Source: a virus (lineage: Duplodnaviria > Caudoviricetes). Taken from it: a DNA stretch of 64,000 nt. The translations under genes and the position numbers were made by a program. The DNA is taken from IMG/VR virus record IMGVR_UViG_3300022555_000003, positions 64,001-128,000 of that record; one strand, 5' to 3'. Below are positions 42,332 through 51,110 of this stretch, piece after piece (position 1 is the stretch's first letter; each line of letters starts with the position of its first letter). The notes under the pieces were generated by a model. That model saw only the letters and a list, made by a program, of their open reading frames with translations. It had not been told where the DNA came from and did not search any database.

Positions 42332-42637
42332 ATGACTGATACAATTGAAAAAACCAAAATTATTAATAATACAGATCTTTCAGAACCATCACAATATAAA
42401 GTTATTTATATCAATGATGAAATAACCACTTTCGAGTTTGTTATTTCATCATTAATGGAAATCTTTAACTATAACGAAGAAACAAGTTATTCTATTGCTA
42501 AAAAAGTTCATGATGATGGTAGTGGAGTTGTTGCAGTCATGCCATATGAACTTGCTGAACAGAAAGTTCTAGAAGCAACCATTTTAGCAAGAGTATATGG
42601 ATTTCCATTGGTTGTCAAAATAGAAGCTGAAAATTAA
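42332..42637 (+). CDS. clpS: ClpS N-degron adaptor
   Basis: YKVIYINDEITTFEFV..LMEIF...VHDDGSGVV...AEQK...FPL. Confidence 0.9.
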   Translation: MTDTIEKTKIINNTDLSEPSQYKVIYINDEITTFEFVISSLMEIFNYNEETSYSIAKKVHDDGSGVVAVMPYELAEQKVLEATILARVYGFPLVVKIEAEN

Positions 42638-42682
42638 TCCTTTGTTATACTACCTGGTAAATAGTTATAAAGGAAATAAATA

Positions 42683-43792
42683 ATGTTTAAAAAAATTTTT
42701 AATTATTTCAGGCCTGTTCCTGAATCTATTCCATATATAAATGTCTTATTGGTATATAAGAATATGTCACCAGTAAGAGATTCTTGTTCACATGTTGGAT
42801 TAGGTGTGACTGCAATGAATCTTTGTAAAAATCTACTAAATTCTGGTATTCAAGTAGAAGTAAAGTCTGTATTCGACGGCTACGAATTAAGAGATAAATT
42901 TTTACCTAATTCAGAATATACTCATGTAGTTATGTTAGCACCTTGGGTAGATACACCTTTCTTACAAGGGTTATTAAGAAAATTTCCTTTAATTTCTTTT
43001 TCAGTTGTATATCATAGTAATGTAGGATTTCTTCAAGCAGATAGATATGCTGTAAAGTTAATTAGAGAACAAATAGAATTAGAATTATCTAATCATAATT
43101 TCCATGTTGCATGTAATTCTTTAAGATTAACCAATGCAATCATTGATACCTTCAGAAGACCTGCGGTATGCTTACCTAATATGTATTTTTTAGAAAAAGA
43201 ACCAACATATCCACGAGTAATTCAATATGGTGACACACTGAAAATTGGTGTATTTGGTGCTATGCGGCCACAAAAGAATATGCTATCTGCAGTTTGGGCA
43301 GGTATTCAAATGTCAACAATGCTGAATGCTGAATGTGAAATTTCTATTAATGCAGGTAGAGTAGAAGGTGGCGAATCTGTTCTGGGTGCAATAAATGAAT
43401 TAGTGAAAGATGTAGATAAAGTAACTTTGAAAAATATTGGGTGGGTAACATGGCCTAGATTTCGAGAGATTGTAAAACATCAACACTTATTAATTTCTCC
43501 TTCATATACAGAAAGTTTTTGTAATGTTACTGCTGATGGTATTGCGGAAGGAGTTCCAAGTGTTGTTACTCAAGCAATGCCATGGGCACCAAAAGAATGG
43601 AAAGCAGATCCAGATAGTGTAGAAAGTATTGTTAGAGTTGGTTTTGATGTTATGTTGAACAATAAGATACGTCGAAAAGGATATCAAAAATTAGTAGATC
43701 ACAATATATTTGCTATTAAACAATGGAAAGAATATTTGATTAATACTGGAGTACACAAAAATAAAGATCATGATGGAAGAGACAAATATTAA
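42683..43792 (+). CDS. GT-B (GT4-like) glycosyltransferase
   Basis: IGVFGAMRPQKN; PSYTESFCNVTADGIAEGVPSVV. Confidence 0.65.
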   Translation: MFKKIFNYFRPVPESIPYINVLLVYKNMSPVRDSCSHVGLGVTAMNLCKNLLNSGIQVEVKSVFDGYELRDKFLPNSEYTHVVMLAPWVDTPFLQGLLRKFPLISFSVVYHSNVGFLQADRYAVKLIREQIELELSNHNFHVACNSLRLTNAIIDTFRRPAVCLPNMYFLEKEPTYPRVIQYGDTLKIGVFGAMRPQKNMLSAVWAGIQMSTMLNAECEISINAGRVEGGESVLGAINELVKDVDKVTLKNIGWVTWPRFREIVKHQHLLISPSYTESFCNVTADGIAEGVPSVVTQAMPWAPKEWKADPDSVESIVRVGFDVMLNNKIRRKGYQKLVDHNIFAIKQWKEYLINTGVHKNKDHDGRDKY

Positions 43793-44138
43793 AAAAGAAA
43801 AAACTTTTATTGCTACAATTTATGTTGGGCTCCAAAAAGGATACGCTGGTTCTTGGTGCTCAAAAGATACCGCGGTGCGAATAATTCAAGCTTATGTAAA
43901 TGAAGTTGGTTTATGTGTTACCGTTAAGGATACCACGTTTATATACAGTCTTGGTGGAGAAGATGGTTTAGAAATCGGACTAACTAATTATCCAAGATTT
44001 CCGTCATCTCCAGAAAAAATTGTAAATCTTTCCTTAGAGTTGGCAGATTTGCTAATGAAAGAATTGTGCCAAAATCGAGTAACAGTTGTTACAACAGATA
44101 CAACTTATATGTTAACTAATCATATTCAATACGATTAA
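43770..44138 (+). CDS. Hypothetical protein
   Basis: ORF track. Confidence 0.55.
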   Translation: MMEETNIKKEKTFIATIYVGLQKGYAGSWCSKDTAVRIIQAYVNEVGLCVTVKDTTFIYSLGGEDGLEIGLTNYPRFPSSPEKIVNLSLELADLLMKELCQNRVTVVTTDTTYMLTNHIQYD

Positions 44139-44141
44139 TAG

Positions 44142-44170
44142 TTGACATAATAGAACAAGTTTAGTATAAT
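44142..44170 (+). promoter_or_regulatory. Sigma70-consensus promoter
   Basis: TTGACA-17-TATAAT. Confidence 0.75.
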
Positions 44171-44200
44171 TAAATAGTAAGTAAAAGAGGAAATAATAAT

Positions 44201-44461
44201 ATGCTTGATGTAAAGAACTACAATGTTACAACAGAATCAGATGTAGAAGTTACTGAACTATGGGCTGGTGAGACCTTTTTAGGAATGCTAGAAAATGTAG
44301 ACGGCGAGGAAGTTGAAGGGCTGTTTCTAGTATTAGGAGATACTGTAGTATGTCTCGAATCTGTAGAGTCTGAATTTCCTTCCCGTGCTGATATGGAAGG
44401 CGTCCGGATTGTAAATTACAAGGACTGTAAGGCAGTAGTTACAGTTAGCAACATTAGCTAA
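44201..44461 (+). CDS. Small acidic hypothetical protein
   Basis: Own promoter, GAGG RBS and downstream hairpin; strongly Glu/Asp-rich. Confidence 0.6.
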   Translation: MLDVKNYNVTTESDVEVTELWAGETFLGMLENVDGEEVEGLFLVLGDTVVCLESVESEFPSRADMEGVRIVNYKDCKAVVTVSNIS

Positions 44462-44487
44462 TTATATTATAATTAGTTTATTAGATG

Positions 44488-44525
44488 GGTAATACATTGC
44501 TCCACGACAATGTATTACCTATTTT
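44488..44525 (+). terminator. Intrinsic terminator-like hairpin
   Basis: GGTAATACATTG-8 nt-CAATGTATTACC then TATTTT. Confidence 0.65.
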
Positions 44526-44542
44526 GATTTAAGGAGTATACA

Positions 44543-44755
44543 ATGAACATTTATACTATTCCTGGCGCAAAAGTTATTTTCTCATATCCTACAAATGGTT
44601 ATGATGGAGACAATCTTATAGGAAGACAATATTTAACAGTTGGGTACGAATATACTGTTCAAAGAGTGAGCATCGGAAGATCATCTTCTAGAGTATATTT
44701 GAAAGAAGTTCCTGACATTGGGTTTAATACATGTATGTTTGAGGATATTATATGA
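44543..44755 (+). CDS. Hypothetical protein
   Basis: AAGGAG RBS. Confidence 0.55.
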   Translation: MNIYTIPGAKVIFSYPTNGYDGDNLIGRQYLTVGYEYTVQRVSIGRSSSRVYLKEVPDIGFNTCMFEDII

Positions 44756-45240
44756 ACGAAAAGTTTACATTTTTTTGGAGCGGACCATTTTCACAGTGGT
44801 ATCATTCTCCGTTTGAGAGTGGCGGAGTTACATTTCAAAATGCAGAAATGTATATGATGTATTATAAAGCAATACGCTTTAATGATAAAGAAACTGCTGA
44901 ACAAATATTAGTAGCTCCTACGCCAAAAGAAGTTAAAGCATTAGGTCGTAAAGTTGCAAATTTTGATAAGTCTGCATGGGATGACATTGCGCCACTCATT
45001 GTATATGAAGGGAACAAACTTAAATTCCAAACACATTCAGATATTAGAAAACTTTTACTTGATACAATAGGAACAACTTTAGTAGAAGCATCTCCATTTG
45101 ATACAATCTGGGGAATTGGTTTAAGTGAAGACAACCCAAATGCATTGCAACGTGAAACGTGGAGAGGTACAAATTGGTTAGGTGAAATTCTTACTCTTGT
45201 AAGAGAAGATCTAATGGAAAATTATGATAACTCAAAATGA
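44752..45240 (+). CDS. NADAR (YbiA-like) family protein
   Basis: FFWSGPFSQW, AEMYMMYYKA..F.D, KALGRKV..FD...W, KF, LVEASPFDTIWGIG, GTNWLGEIL. Confidence 0.9.
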   Translation: MNEKFTFFWSGPFSQWYHSPFESGGVTFQNAEMYMMYYKAIRFNDKETAEQILVAPTPKEVKALGRKVANFDKSAWDDIAPLIVYEGNKLKFQTHSDIRKLLLDTIGTTLVEASPFDTIWGIGLSEDNPNALQRETWRGTNWLGEILTLVREDLMENYDNSK

Positions 45241-45525
45241 AACTATTTTTGCTGGTATACTGCTCGTGATTTGTCTAGGTAGAATTATTTGGGTGCATTG
45301 GCATAATTATAAAGTTAGAAAAAACAAACAAATCGAAAAGTATTTGCTATAATTGTGAATATTATAAATTTCATTTACATAAAGCTGATCAATGTGAACA
45401 TCCAAAACACATAATTAAAGAGAAAGAAACTACAAATTATATTATAGGAGACGTAATTCCTGAGTGGTACAGATCACAAAATTGTTCTTTATTCAATAGA
45501 GATGGAAAGTGTCCAGTTTTCAAAT

Positions 45526-46308
45526 CTACACAATTACTTTCAGCGGCTGATATTTCAAACCAGTAGAATTTTTAACATTGCCACGTGGATTGCTAACAAA
45601 TTCACAATCATTTATAGTAGTTTTCATTGGCTTGTGATGGCCATATACCCAAGTACTAATTTTATGATTTTTATCTTCTGATTCGATATACTTTTGTGAA
45701 TTGCTACTAAGCTTAGAACAATCAGCATCAAATATCAAATTTTTATCTGGTACTGTATGGCTAATCATTACAATATTTGTAATATCTGGAGAGTTCTGCA
45801 TTTTTTTAACAGAATGTTGTAAATATTCCAAATCGTTATTATGAATAGTATATAGTTTCATATCATCCATCCAACTACCAGAATCTAATGTTCCGTTGTT
45901 ATTACTATTTTCTGGTCCCCACCAAAGATTTGCTGCCAAAAAGCTTGTTGAATTAATGATTAAAATATGTTCAAATAAATAACTCATATTTTCAATTTTT
46001 GATAGTTTATTTCCAAGATAATCTCTATTACTTTGAATATTATCAAAATTGTTTTGGTGTTCTAAATCTCCATCAATATATAAAACATGTTTATACACTG
46101 AAGAAATCTGCTTTAGTTCATATACTGTTCGATCCAGATCTGAACTAACGTCACCAGCTACTACTGCAATCAAACTGGTTGGGAATGCTTTCCAATTAAT
46201 ACTGGTTGGCCATTCTTCAACATATAAGTCGGAAATCAAATCAAACGATAATAGGGGATGTTGGCTACGCATTTTAATAGAACTCCTTTGTTCTTTTGAT
46301 ATTGACAT
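45526..46308 (-). CDS. Calcineurin-like metallophosphoesterase with degenerate metal ligands
   Basis: FDLISDLY, VVAGDV, IDGDLEH, ISHTVP, WVYGHH, FVSNPRG; start uncertain. Confidence 0.7.
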   Translation of the reverse strand: MSISKEQRSSIKMRSQHPLLSFDLISDLYVEEWPTSINWKAFPTSLIAVVAGDVSSDLDRTVYELKQISSVYKHVLYIDGDLEHQNNFDNIQSNRDYLGNKLSKIENMSYLFEHILIINSTSFLAANLWWGPENSNNNGTLDSGSWMDDMKLYTIHNNDLEYLQHSVKKMQNSPDITNIVMISHTVPDKNLIFDADCSKLSSNSQKYIESEDKNHKISTWVYGHHKPMKTTINDCEFVSNPRGNVKNSTGLKYQPLKVIV

Positions 46309-46483
46309 TTATCATATAATCTGTTATACTAAAGATATGGATGTCAAACTTGCTGGCTGCTATTGGGAAGTTGGCTACGCATTTTAATAGAACTCCTTTG
46401 TTCTTTTGATATTGATATTTATCATATAATCTGTTATACTAAAGATATGGATGTCAAACTTGCTGGCTGCTATTGGGATGTTG
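46255..46483 (+). repeat. 110-bp direct tandem duplication containing a promoter
   Basis: 46255-46364 repeated at 46365-46474 plus a 9-nt tail; TTGACA (copy 1) vs TTGATA (copy 2)-17-TATACT. Confidence 0.9.
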
Positions 46484-46671
46484 AATACAAACGGGACGGA
46501 GTCATGTTGAGTTTAGATTCAACGTTGCTGTTTCACCCAGCATATCAAACAGCATATCAAAATATAAGAGAATTTATACTATTAACTGAAATTGGCAAGC
46601 AGGTAAGTTTTAGACAAATTTGGTTATATAAAGCTGAATATTTAGAATTACTAATTTTGAGCAAGAGTTAA
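46447..46671 (+). CDS. Hypothetical protein (probably leaderless)
   Basis: ATG 6 nt after TATACT (46435-46440). Confidence 0.5.
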   Translation: MDVKLAGCYWDVEYKRDGVMLSLDSTLLFHPAYQTAYQNIREFILLTEIGKQVSFRQIWLYKAEYLELLILSKS

Positions 46672-46697
46672 CATTGGGACAGAAATTTATTTTTGAC

Positions 46698-46853
46698 ATG
46701 ACATCAGGTATAATCCTAGATTGGAATTGGTGGATTATGAGTGGTCCAGAAATTGACACATGGATTGTTAAAAATTATATTATTCGAACTGGTTCAGTAT
46801 TATACTTTCCAAACGAAGAAGTAAAAGTGTTGTTTGTACTTAAATGGTTATGA
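46698..46853 (+). CDS. LxW(G)-tail miniprotein, divergent member (not in ORF track)
   Basis: ...EIDTWIVKNY...YFPNEEVKVLFVLKWL*. Confidence 0.55.
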   Translation: MTSGIILDWNWWIMSGPEIDTWIVKNYIIRTGSVLYFPNEEVKVLFVLKWL

Positions 46854-47179
46854 ATTTAGAAAATAGAATTATATATAGCAATTATAATAATATAACGGAA
46901 ATATTATACCAAAAATTTGTATATTTAATAGTATCAAGAGGAGTTCCTGCAGTCTCGTTTGATTACTATGTTAAACATAGTTATTCTCTTATAAATTTGT
47001 TAATTAATTTAAAACTTCCATTTGTATTGATTACTAATTACAAATCTTCAGATATACTAGATAAAATTTATTGGTGTGAAGACGTATTTGATGATGCTTT
47101 TATTTGGACTCAAGATCAAATATTTTTTGAAAAAGAAGAACAAGTTACTTTATTCCATCTAAGATGGGGTGGCAAATGA
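46850..47179 (+). CDS. LxWG-tail protein, long member
   Basis: Ends FFEKEEQVTLFHLRWGGK*. Confidence 0.6.
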   Translation: MNLENRIIYSNYNNITEILYQKFVYLIVSRGVPAVSFDYYVKHSYSLINLLINLKLPFVLITNYKSSDILDKIYWCEDVFDDAFIWTQDQIFFEKEEQVTLFHLRWGGK

Positions 47180-47361
47180 GTATTGCATTTGATATCCATT
47201 GTAAGTATAACGGTACTAAGTTAGCACAAATAATTGATTGGCTAGAAACTAATGTGGGAGCTCAACATTATCAATGGATATGGGGTTGCAAAGAAGGAAC
47301 CGTTTTTATATTAGACGAAAAAGTAGCGTTGGCGTTTGCATTGGTGTGGGGTGTGAAATAA
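47176..47361 (+). CDS. LxWG-tail miniprotein
   Basis: IDWLETNVG..QWIW...ILDEKVALAFALVWGVK. Confidence 0.75.
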   Translation: MSIAFDIHCKYNGTKLAQIIDWLETNVGAQHYQWIWGCKEGTVFILDEKVALAFALVWGVK

Positions 47362-47549
47362 TTGTTGGATACAGTAATCAATATAGAAGTGAAGTCATTG
47401 ATTGGTTGCATGAAAACGTCGGGAGTTATGGAAAAGGATGGTATTGGCCAGCGTATAGTCCAGTTAATACTATAATAACAGGTCCTGTAGTTAACATCGT
47501 TCAAGAAAGTCATGCAATAGCATTTTTATTAACTTGGGGAGGAAAATGA
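47346..47549 (+). CDS. LxWG-tail miniprotein (start uncertain)
   Basis: IDWLHENVGSYGKGWYW...QESHAIAFLLTWGGK. Confidence 0.7.
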   Translation: MGCEIIVGYSNQYRSEVIDWLHENVGSYGKGWYWPAYSPVNTIITGPVVNIVQESHAIAFLLTWGGK

Positions 47550-47734
47550 CCATCAATAATATCAGAGATGATAAAGACTATCCACCTGTCAACTCACCCG
47601 AGATAACAACCTGGTTGTATGATAATATAGGTCGGTATGGTGATGGGTGGCGATGGGATCACACAGTAATCAATAGCCCTATTCAAATTGATGACGAGAA
47701 AAATATTACAGCATTTTTATTGAGATGGGGATAA
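47546..47734 (+). CDS. LxWG-tail miniprotein
   Basis: TWLYDNIGRYGDGWRW...IDDEKNITAFLLRWG. Confidence 0.75.
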   Translation: MTINNIRDDKDYPPVNSPEITTWLYDNIGRYGDGWRWDHTVINSPIQIDDEKNITAFLLRWG

Positions 47735-47737
47735 AAT

Positions 47738-47917
47738 ATGCTAGTTAAATATAATGTAATGCAAAATCAAACCCAAATTATTAACTGGTTAATTGAGAAT
47801 GTAGGGAAGTATAATTGTGGTTGGTCGTGGGTTCAACCAATATCTACAGATTATTTTATTCAAATTGACAATGAAAAAGATGCGATAGCATTTTTATTAA
47901 GATGGAGTGAAGAATGA
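47738..47917 (+). CDS. LxW-tail miniprotein (not in ORF track)
   Basis: INWLIENVGKYNCGWSW...IDNEKDAIAFLLRWSEE*. Confidence 0.75.
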   Translation: MLVKYNVMQNQTQIINWLIENVGKYNCGWSWVQPISTDYFIQIDNEKDAIAFLLRWSEE

Positions 47918-48089
47918 TATTATTGAATACAGCACACATCACAAATTAAACGATATAATCAAATGGTTACATAAAAATATAGGTTCATACGATCTTGGAT
48001 GGCGTTGGGATAACAGTACTCCTGATAATAATAATGTTTGCATAGATGATGAGAAGAATGCTGTAATATTTGCGTTACTTTGGAAATAA
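47907..48089 (+). CDS. LxW-tail miniprotein
   Basis: IKWLHKNIGSYDLGWRW...IDDEKNAVIFALLWK. Confidence 0.75.
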   Translation: MKNDIIEYSTHHKLNDIIKWLHKNIGSYDLGWRWDNSTPDNNNVCIDDEKNAVIFALLWK

Positions 48090-48090
48090 G

Positions 48091-48276
48091 ATGAGAGTTG
48101 AATTTAAAGACAAGACAGATTTATACAACCTAATCGATTGGTTATATGAAAATATAGGTCCTTTAGAATCTAAGGAGTGGAGATGGGAATTAAAACCTAC
48201 ACCATTCAATAATTTTATCTACATCAAAAATAAAAAACATGTCACAGCATTCTTACTGAGATGGGGTGGAAAGTGA
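48091..48276 (+). CDS. LxWG-tail miniprotein
   Basis: IDWLYENIGP...WRW...IKNKKHVTAFLLRWGGK. Confidence 0.75.
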   Translation: MRVEFKDKTDLYNLIDWLYENIGPLESKEWRWELKPTPFNNFIYIKNKKHVTAFLLRWGGK

Positions 48277-48440
48277 TAATTGATTACAGAAAGTATCCAA
48301 GTGAACAAGACATCAAAATAGTTGTTTGGTTAAATGAAAATATAGGTTCTCATGGCCATGGTTGGTATTGGACATATAATCATTCTCTTTATATAGACGA
48401 TGAAAGTAATGGAATAGCATTTTTATTAAATTGGGCATAA
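48273..48440 (+). CDS. LxW-tail miniprotein (not in ORF track)
   Basis: VWLNENIGSHGHGWYW...IDDESNGIAFLLNWA*. Confidence 0.7.
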   Translation: MIIDYRKYPSEQDIKIVVWLNENIGSHGHGWYWTYNHSLYIDDESNGIAFLLNWA

Positions 48441-48446
48441 TATATT

Positions 48447-48483
48447 TTGACAAGCTTATAACTACCTGCTATACTTAAAGAGT
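48447..48483 (+). promoter_or_regulatory. Early promoter
   Basis: TTGACA-17-TATACT followed by TAAAGAGTA. Confidence 0.75.
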
Positions 48484-48558
48484 AATAATTATTGTAACAA
48501 GATAATTTATTAACGATAAGATCTATCCACAAAGGATAGAAAAGGAAATTGAAACACA

Positions 48559-48798
48559 ATGCCATTTACGCAAATTCGTAGTACACAGAATGATTTTTTA
48601 GTTAATTATCTACGGGGTACTAATGTAGAACTAAGTTCCGCTCAGGCGAGCAGCCTGTACGGTATTCGGAACTTACGGGCTCGTATTAGTGAGCTTCGTG
48701 GTATGGGCCTTCGCGTTCGTACTCGTATTAACACAACCAATCATACTTCATATGCAGTTTCTGCACGTGATATTTTTGGGAGCAGAGCTCAGCTCTAA
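48559..48798 (+). CDS. Small winged-helix DNA-binding protein
   Basis: LS..QA..LYGIRNLRARISELR..GL.V. Confidence 0.65.
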   Translation: MPFTQIRSTQNDFLVNYLRGTNVELSSAQASSLYGIRNLRARISELRGMGLRVRTRINTTNHTSYAVSARDIFGSRAQL

Positions 48799-48806
48799 TT
48801 TAGAAC

Positions 48807-48841
48807 AAATGGCGGTAGGTTAGAAAGGCTTACCGCCATTT
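48807..48841 (+). terminator. Terminator-like hairpin
   Basis: AAATGGCGGTA / TACCGCCATTT. Confidence 0.65.
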
Positions 48842-48844
48842 GAA

Positions 48845-49183
48845 TTGGTGAATATTATGATACATTTTGATACAGCATTTGGAAAAGTTGGTATTTCTTT
48901 TCAACACAATTTACCAACAGTTAAAGTGGTAACTCAAAACAATCGACTAGCAAGTACTAAAATTAAAGTATTTCCAGGAAATACTAATTGTTTGCTAACC
49001 ATTGAGCAAGATGGATGTACAAATGAATTTGCTGGTAGTTCAACCCTTCATCCTGAGGACCAGTATAATAACGAAATTGGACGTAGACTTTCTTTAGAAC
49101 GTGCAATTCATGAAGCAAAGTTTGCATTTCAACTACGTGATCAGAATGTAAGAGAAATTTGGTCAAAGTATTACGCTCGATAA
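48845..49183 (+). CDS. Hypothetical protein (phage Gp49-like motif)
   Basis: GSSTLHPEDQYNNEIGRRLSL; start uncertain. Confidence 0.45.
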   Translation: MVNIMIHFDTAFGKVGISFQHNLPTVKVVTQNNRLASTKIKVFPGNTNCLLTIEQDGCTNEFAGSSTLHPEDQYNNEIGRRLSLERAIHEAKFAFQLRDQNVREIWSKYYAR

Positions 49184-49195
49184 ATTGAGGAGATT

Positions 49196-49507
49196 ATGGT
49201 AACTGTTCATACTATTAAGTTAACTCGCGCTGAAGGAACTGTTATCAAATGTCAGTATCCAGTCTATGAAAAAACATTTGAAGATGCAACTAAAGTATTA
49301 GTAGACTGGAGTAAAACAGCTCCGTTGTCACAATTTGGACATCATAAAGTTGATTTTGTTATATATTTTTCAGATGGGTATGATTATGTTGGAACGTATC
49401 CATTAACGCAAGATGGTTTTCATTCCTTAAAAGAATATTGCAAATCAAATATTGGTTGGGCGAGATTCAATCAATCAAACGAAATTTTAGATACTTATTT
49501 TAATTAA
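49196..49507 (+). CDS. Hypothetical protein
   Basis: GAGGAG RBS. Confidence 0.6.
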   Translation: MVTVHTIKLTRAEGTVIKCQYPVYEKTFEDATKVLVDWSKTAPLSQFGHHKVDFVIYFSDGYDYVGTYPLTQDGFHSLKEYCKSNIGWARFNQSNEILDTYFN

Positions 49508-49508
49508 T

Positions 49509-49706
49509 ATGCCTACAAAAATTGAATTATCAAGATTACAATTAGCTGATGATGCCCATAAATTAGAAGTTAAGGCATTGAAAGATACGATTGAACGTCA
49601 AAAGAAAACAATTGTTTTTCTTACGAGAGTTGCGTGCATGGCAACAAGAAAAATGCGAGAAGCTGCTGATGGTTTAGAATTCGATATTGAACGAGGAACA
49701 GAATGA
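49509..49706 (+). CDS. Hypothetical coiled-coil protein
   Basis: ORF track. Confidence 0.5.
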   Translation: MPTKIELSRLQLADDAHKLEVKALKDTIERQKKTIVFLTRVACMATRKMREAADGLEFDIERGTE

Positions 49707-50119
49707 AATTATTAATATTATTTATTATTCTAATTTCTGTTGGATATAGCCAACAGATAGTAACTTTAACAACCCCAAAAGGACAATTAGTTGTACAACT
49801 AGATGATTCACTTTTTATAGATACTAGTGTTACACCTCCAAAGTTAAAGGTAAGACCTGTAACAAAGGATGTTCTTCGAGTATACAACATGAAATCAACT
49901 CAAAATTATTTTGATTTAGTTGATCCATCTGGTGGTGTTGTTGATACTTCAACTGTTGAATTTATGAGAAATGGATTAACACTTACAAATTCCATAGATT
50001 ATACTATCAAAGGAACAGTATTAACATGTATAGTTTCTTCATGTACTGTAGTTGCTTCAGATGTTATTCGTATCAAATTTAAAGCAAGTATTAAATATCC
50101 ATTATCAAAAAGTCTATAA
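49703..50119 (+). CDS. Putative secreted protein
   Basis: Signal peptide-like MKLLILFIILISVGYS-Q. Confidence 0.6.
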   Translation: MKLLILFIILISVGYSQQIVTLTTPKGQLVVQLDDSLFIDTSVTPPKLKVRPVTKDVLRVYNMKSTQNYFDLVDPSGGVVDTSTVEFMRNGLTLTNSIDYTIKGTVLTCIVSSCTVVASDVIRIKFKASIKYPLSKSL

Positions 50120-50126
50120 TTATAAA

Positions 50127-51110
50127 ATGAATAAACTATTATTAGTATTACTATTGAGTTTTCCATTATGGTCTCAGACATTAGTTAAACAAGAACAACT
50201 TCAATCACAGACTCATCTATCAAATGAAGGAGATTGGTGTCCAGTTTCTATTTTTACCCGAACTTCAGATACTATAATTACTTTCACTAAGGATGCTCCA
50301 ACTACAAGATCTTGTTTCTTACATTTCTCACTTACTTCAACTATTCTATGGACTAAATCAGATACAATTATGATTTTGGATAATTCGACTCCGTTAAATG
50401 ATCTTGTATTTTTTTACTGGTTAGGTCCTGATCTTCATATATCTTCGAGAACTCCTTTTTTCTCTTGTACGATTTGTAAAATTGATGCTCCACGTGTTTT
50501 AGATGTATTTCCAGCAAATGCTTTAATAGCTGGTATGTACAATGTTATTAACGGAAGATGGGATTTATCTGGCCATCCAATTTTTAATCAACATCAAATA
50601 ATTGGGTCTCCAATGGCAATTACTTATATTCCAAATCAAGGTTATACTTTTACTTTTGATATTACTAATCCTAAAGTAGTAGCAGCAACAGAGGCAATCA
50701 ATAATCTAGCTCCTACTGTTAATAAGTCTCTAACTATGATCCAAAATGCTACAACTACTGGAATTAATGAAGTTCAAACTCATGTAAAAAAAGCTGGAGC
50801 AATGCCTTCAGATGTTAATATTCAAAAAGCACAAACTCAATTATTAGAAATACAAACAAAAATAGCAGATTTAAATAATCAAATTAAAATAATAAATCCA
50901 CAAAGTATATATCGTCGTGACCAATATGATTCACAACAGATGAATTTAATACAATCATATATGATAAATTTAGGTATGAAACGCAAAGTCGAAATACCTA
51001 AAACATCAACTTCTACTTGTATTTTAGGTGATTGGTCAATCTCAAATACCTTTCTTTATCTTTGTACTGAAAATTGGAGAAGAATACCTCTTGATAATTC
51101 TACATGGTAA
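50127..51110 (+). CDS. Putative secreted protein with coiled coil
   Basis: Signal peptide-like MNKLLLVLLLSFPLWS-Q; start adjusted. Confidence 0.6.
   Translation: MNKLLLVLLLSFPLWSQTLVKQEQLQSQTHLSNEGDWCPVSIFTRTSDTIITFTKDAPTTRSCFLHFSLTSTILWTKSDTIMILDNSTPLNDLVFFYWLGPDLHISSRTPFFSCTICKIDAPRVLDVFPANALIAGMYNVINGRWDLSGHPIFNQHQIIGSPMAITYIPNQGYTFTFDITNPKVVAATEAINNLAPTVNKSLTMIQNATTTGINEVQTHVKKAGAMPSDVNIQKAQTQLLEIQTKIADLNNQIKIINPQSIYRRDQYDSQQMNLIQSYMINLGMKRKVEIPKTSTSTCILGDWSISNTFLYLCTENWRRIPLDNSTW

Noticed and set aside
46255-46483. Repeat as CRISPR array or DGR template/variable repeat pair
   Set aside because: Only two adjacent 110-bp copies, no spacers, differences not confined to adenines, and no reverse transcriptase in the window
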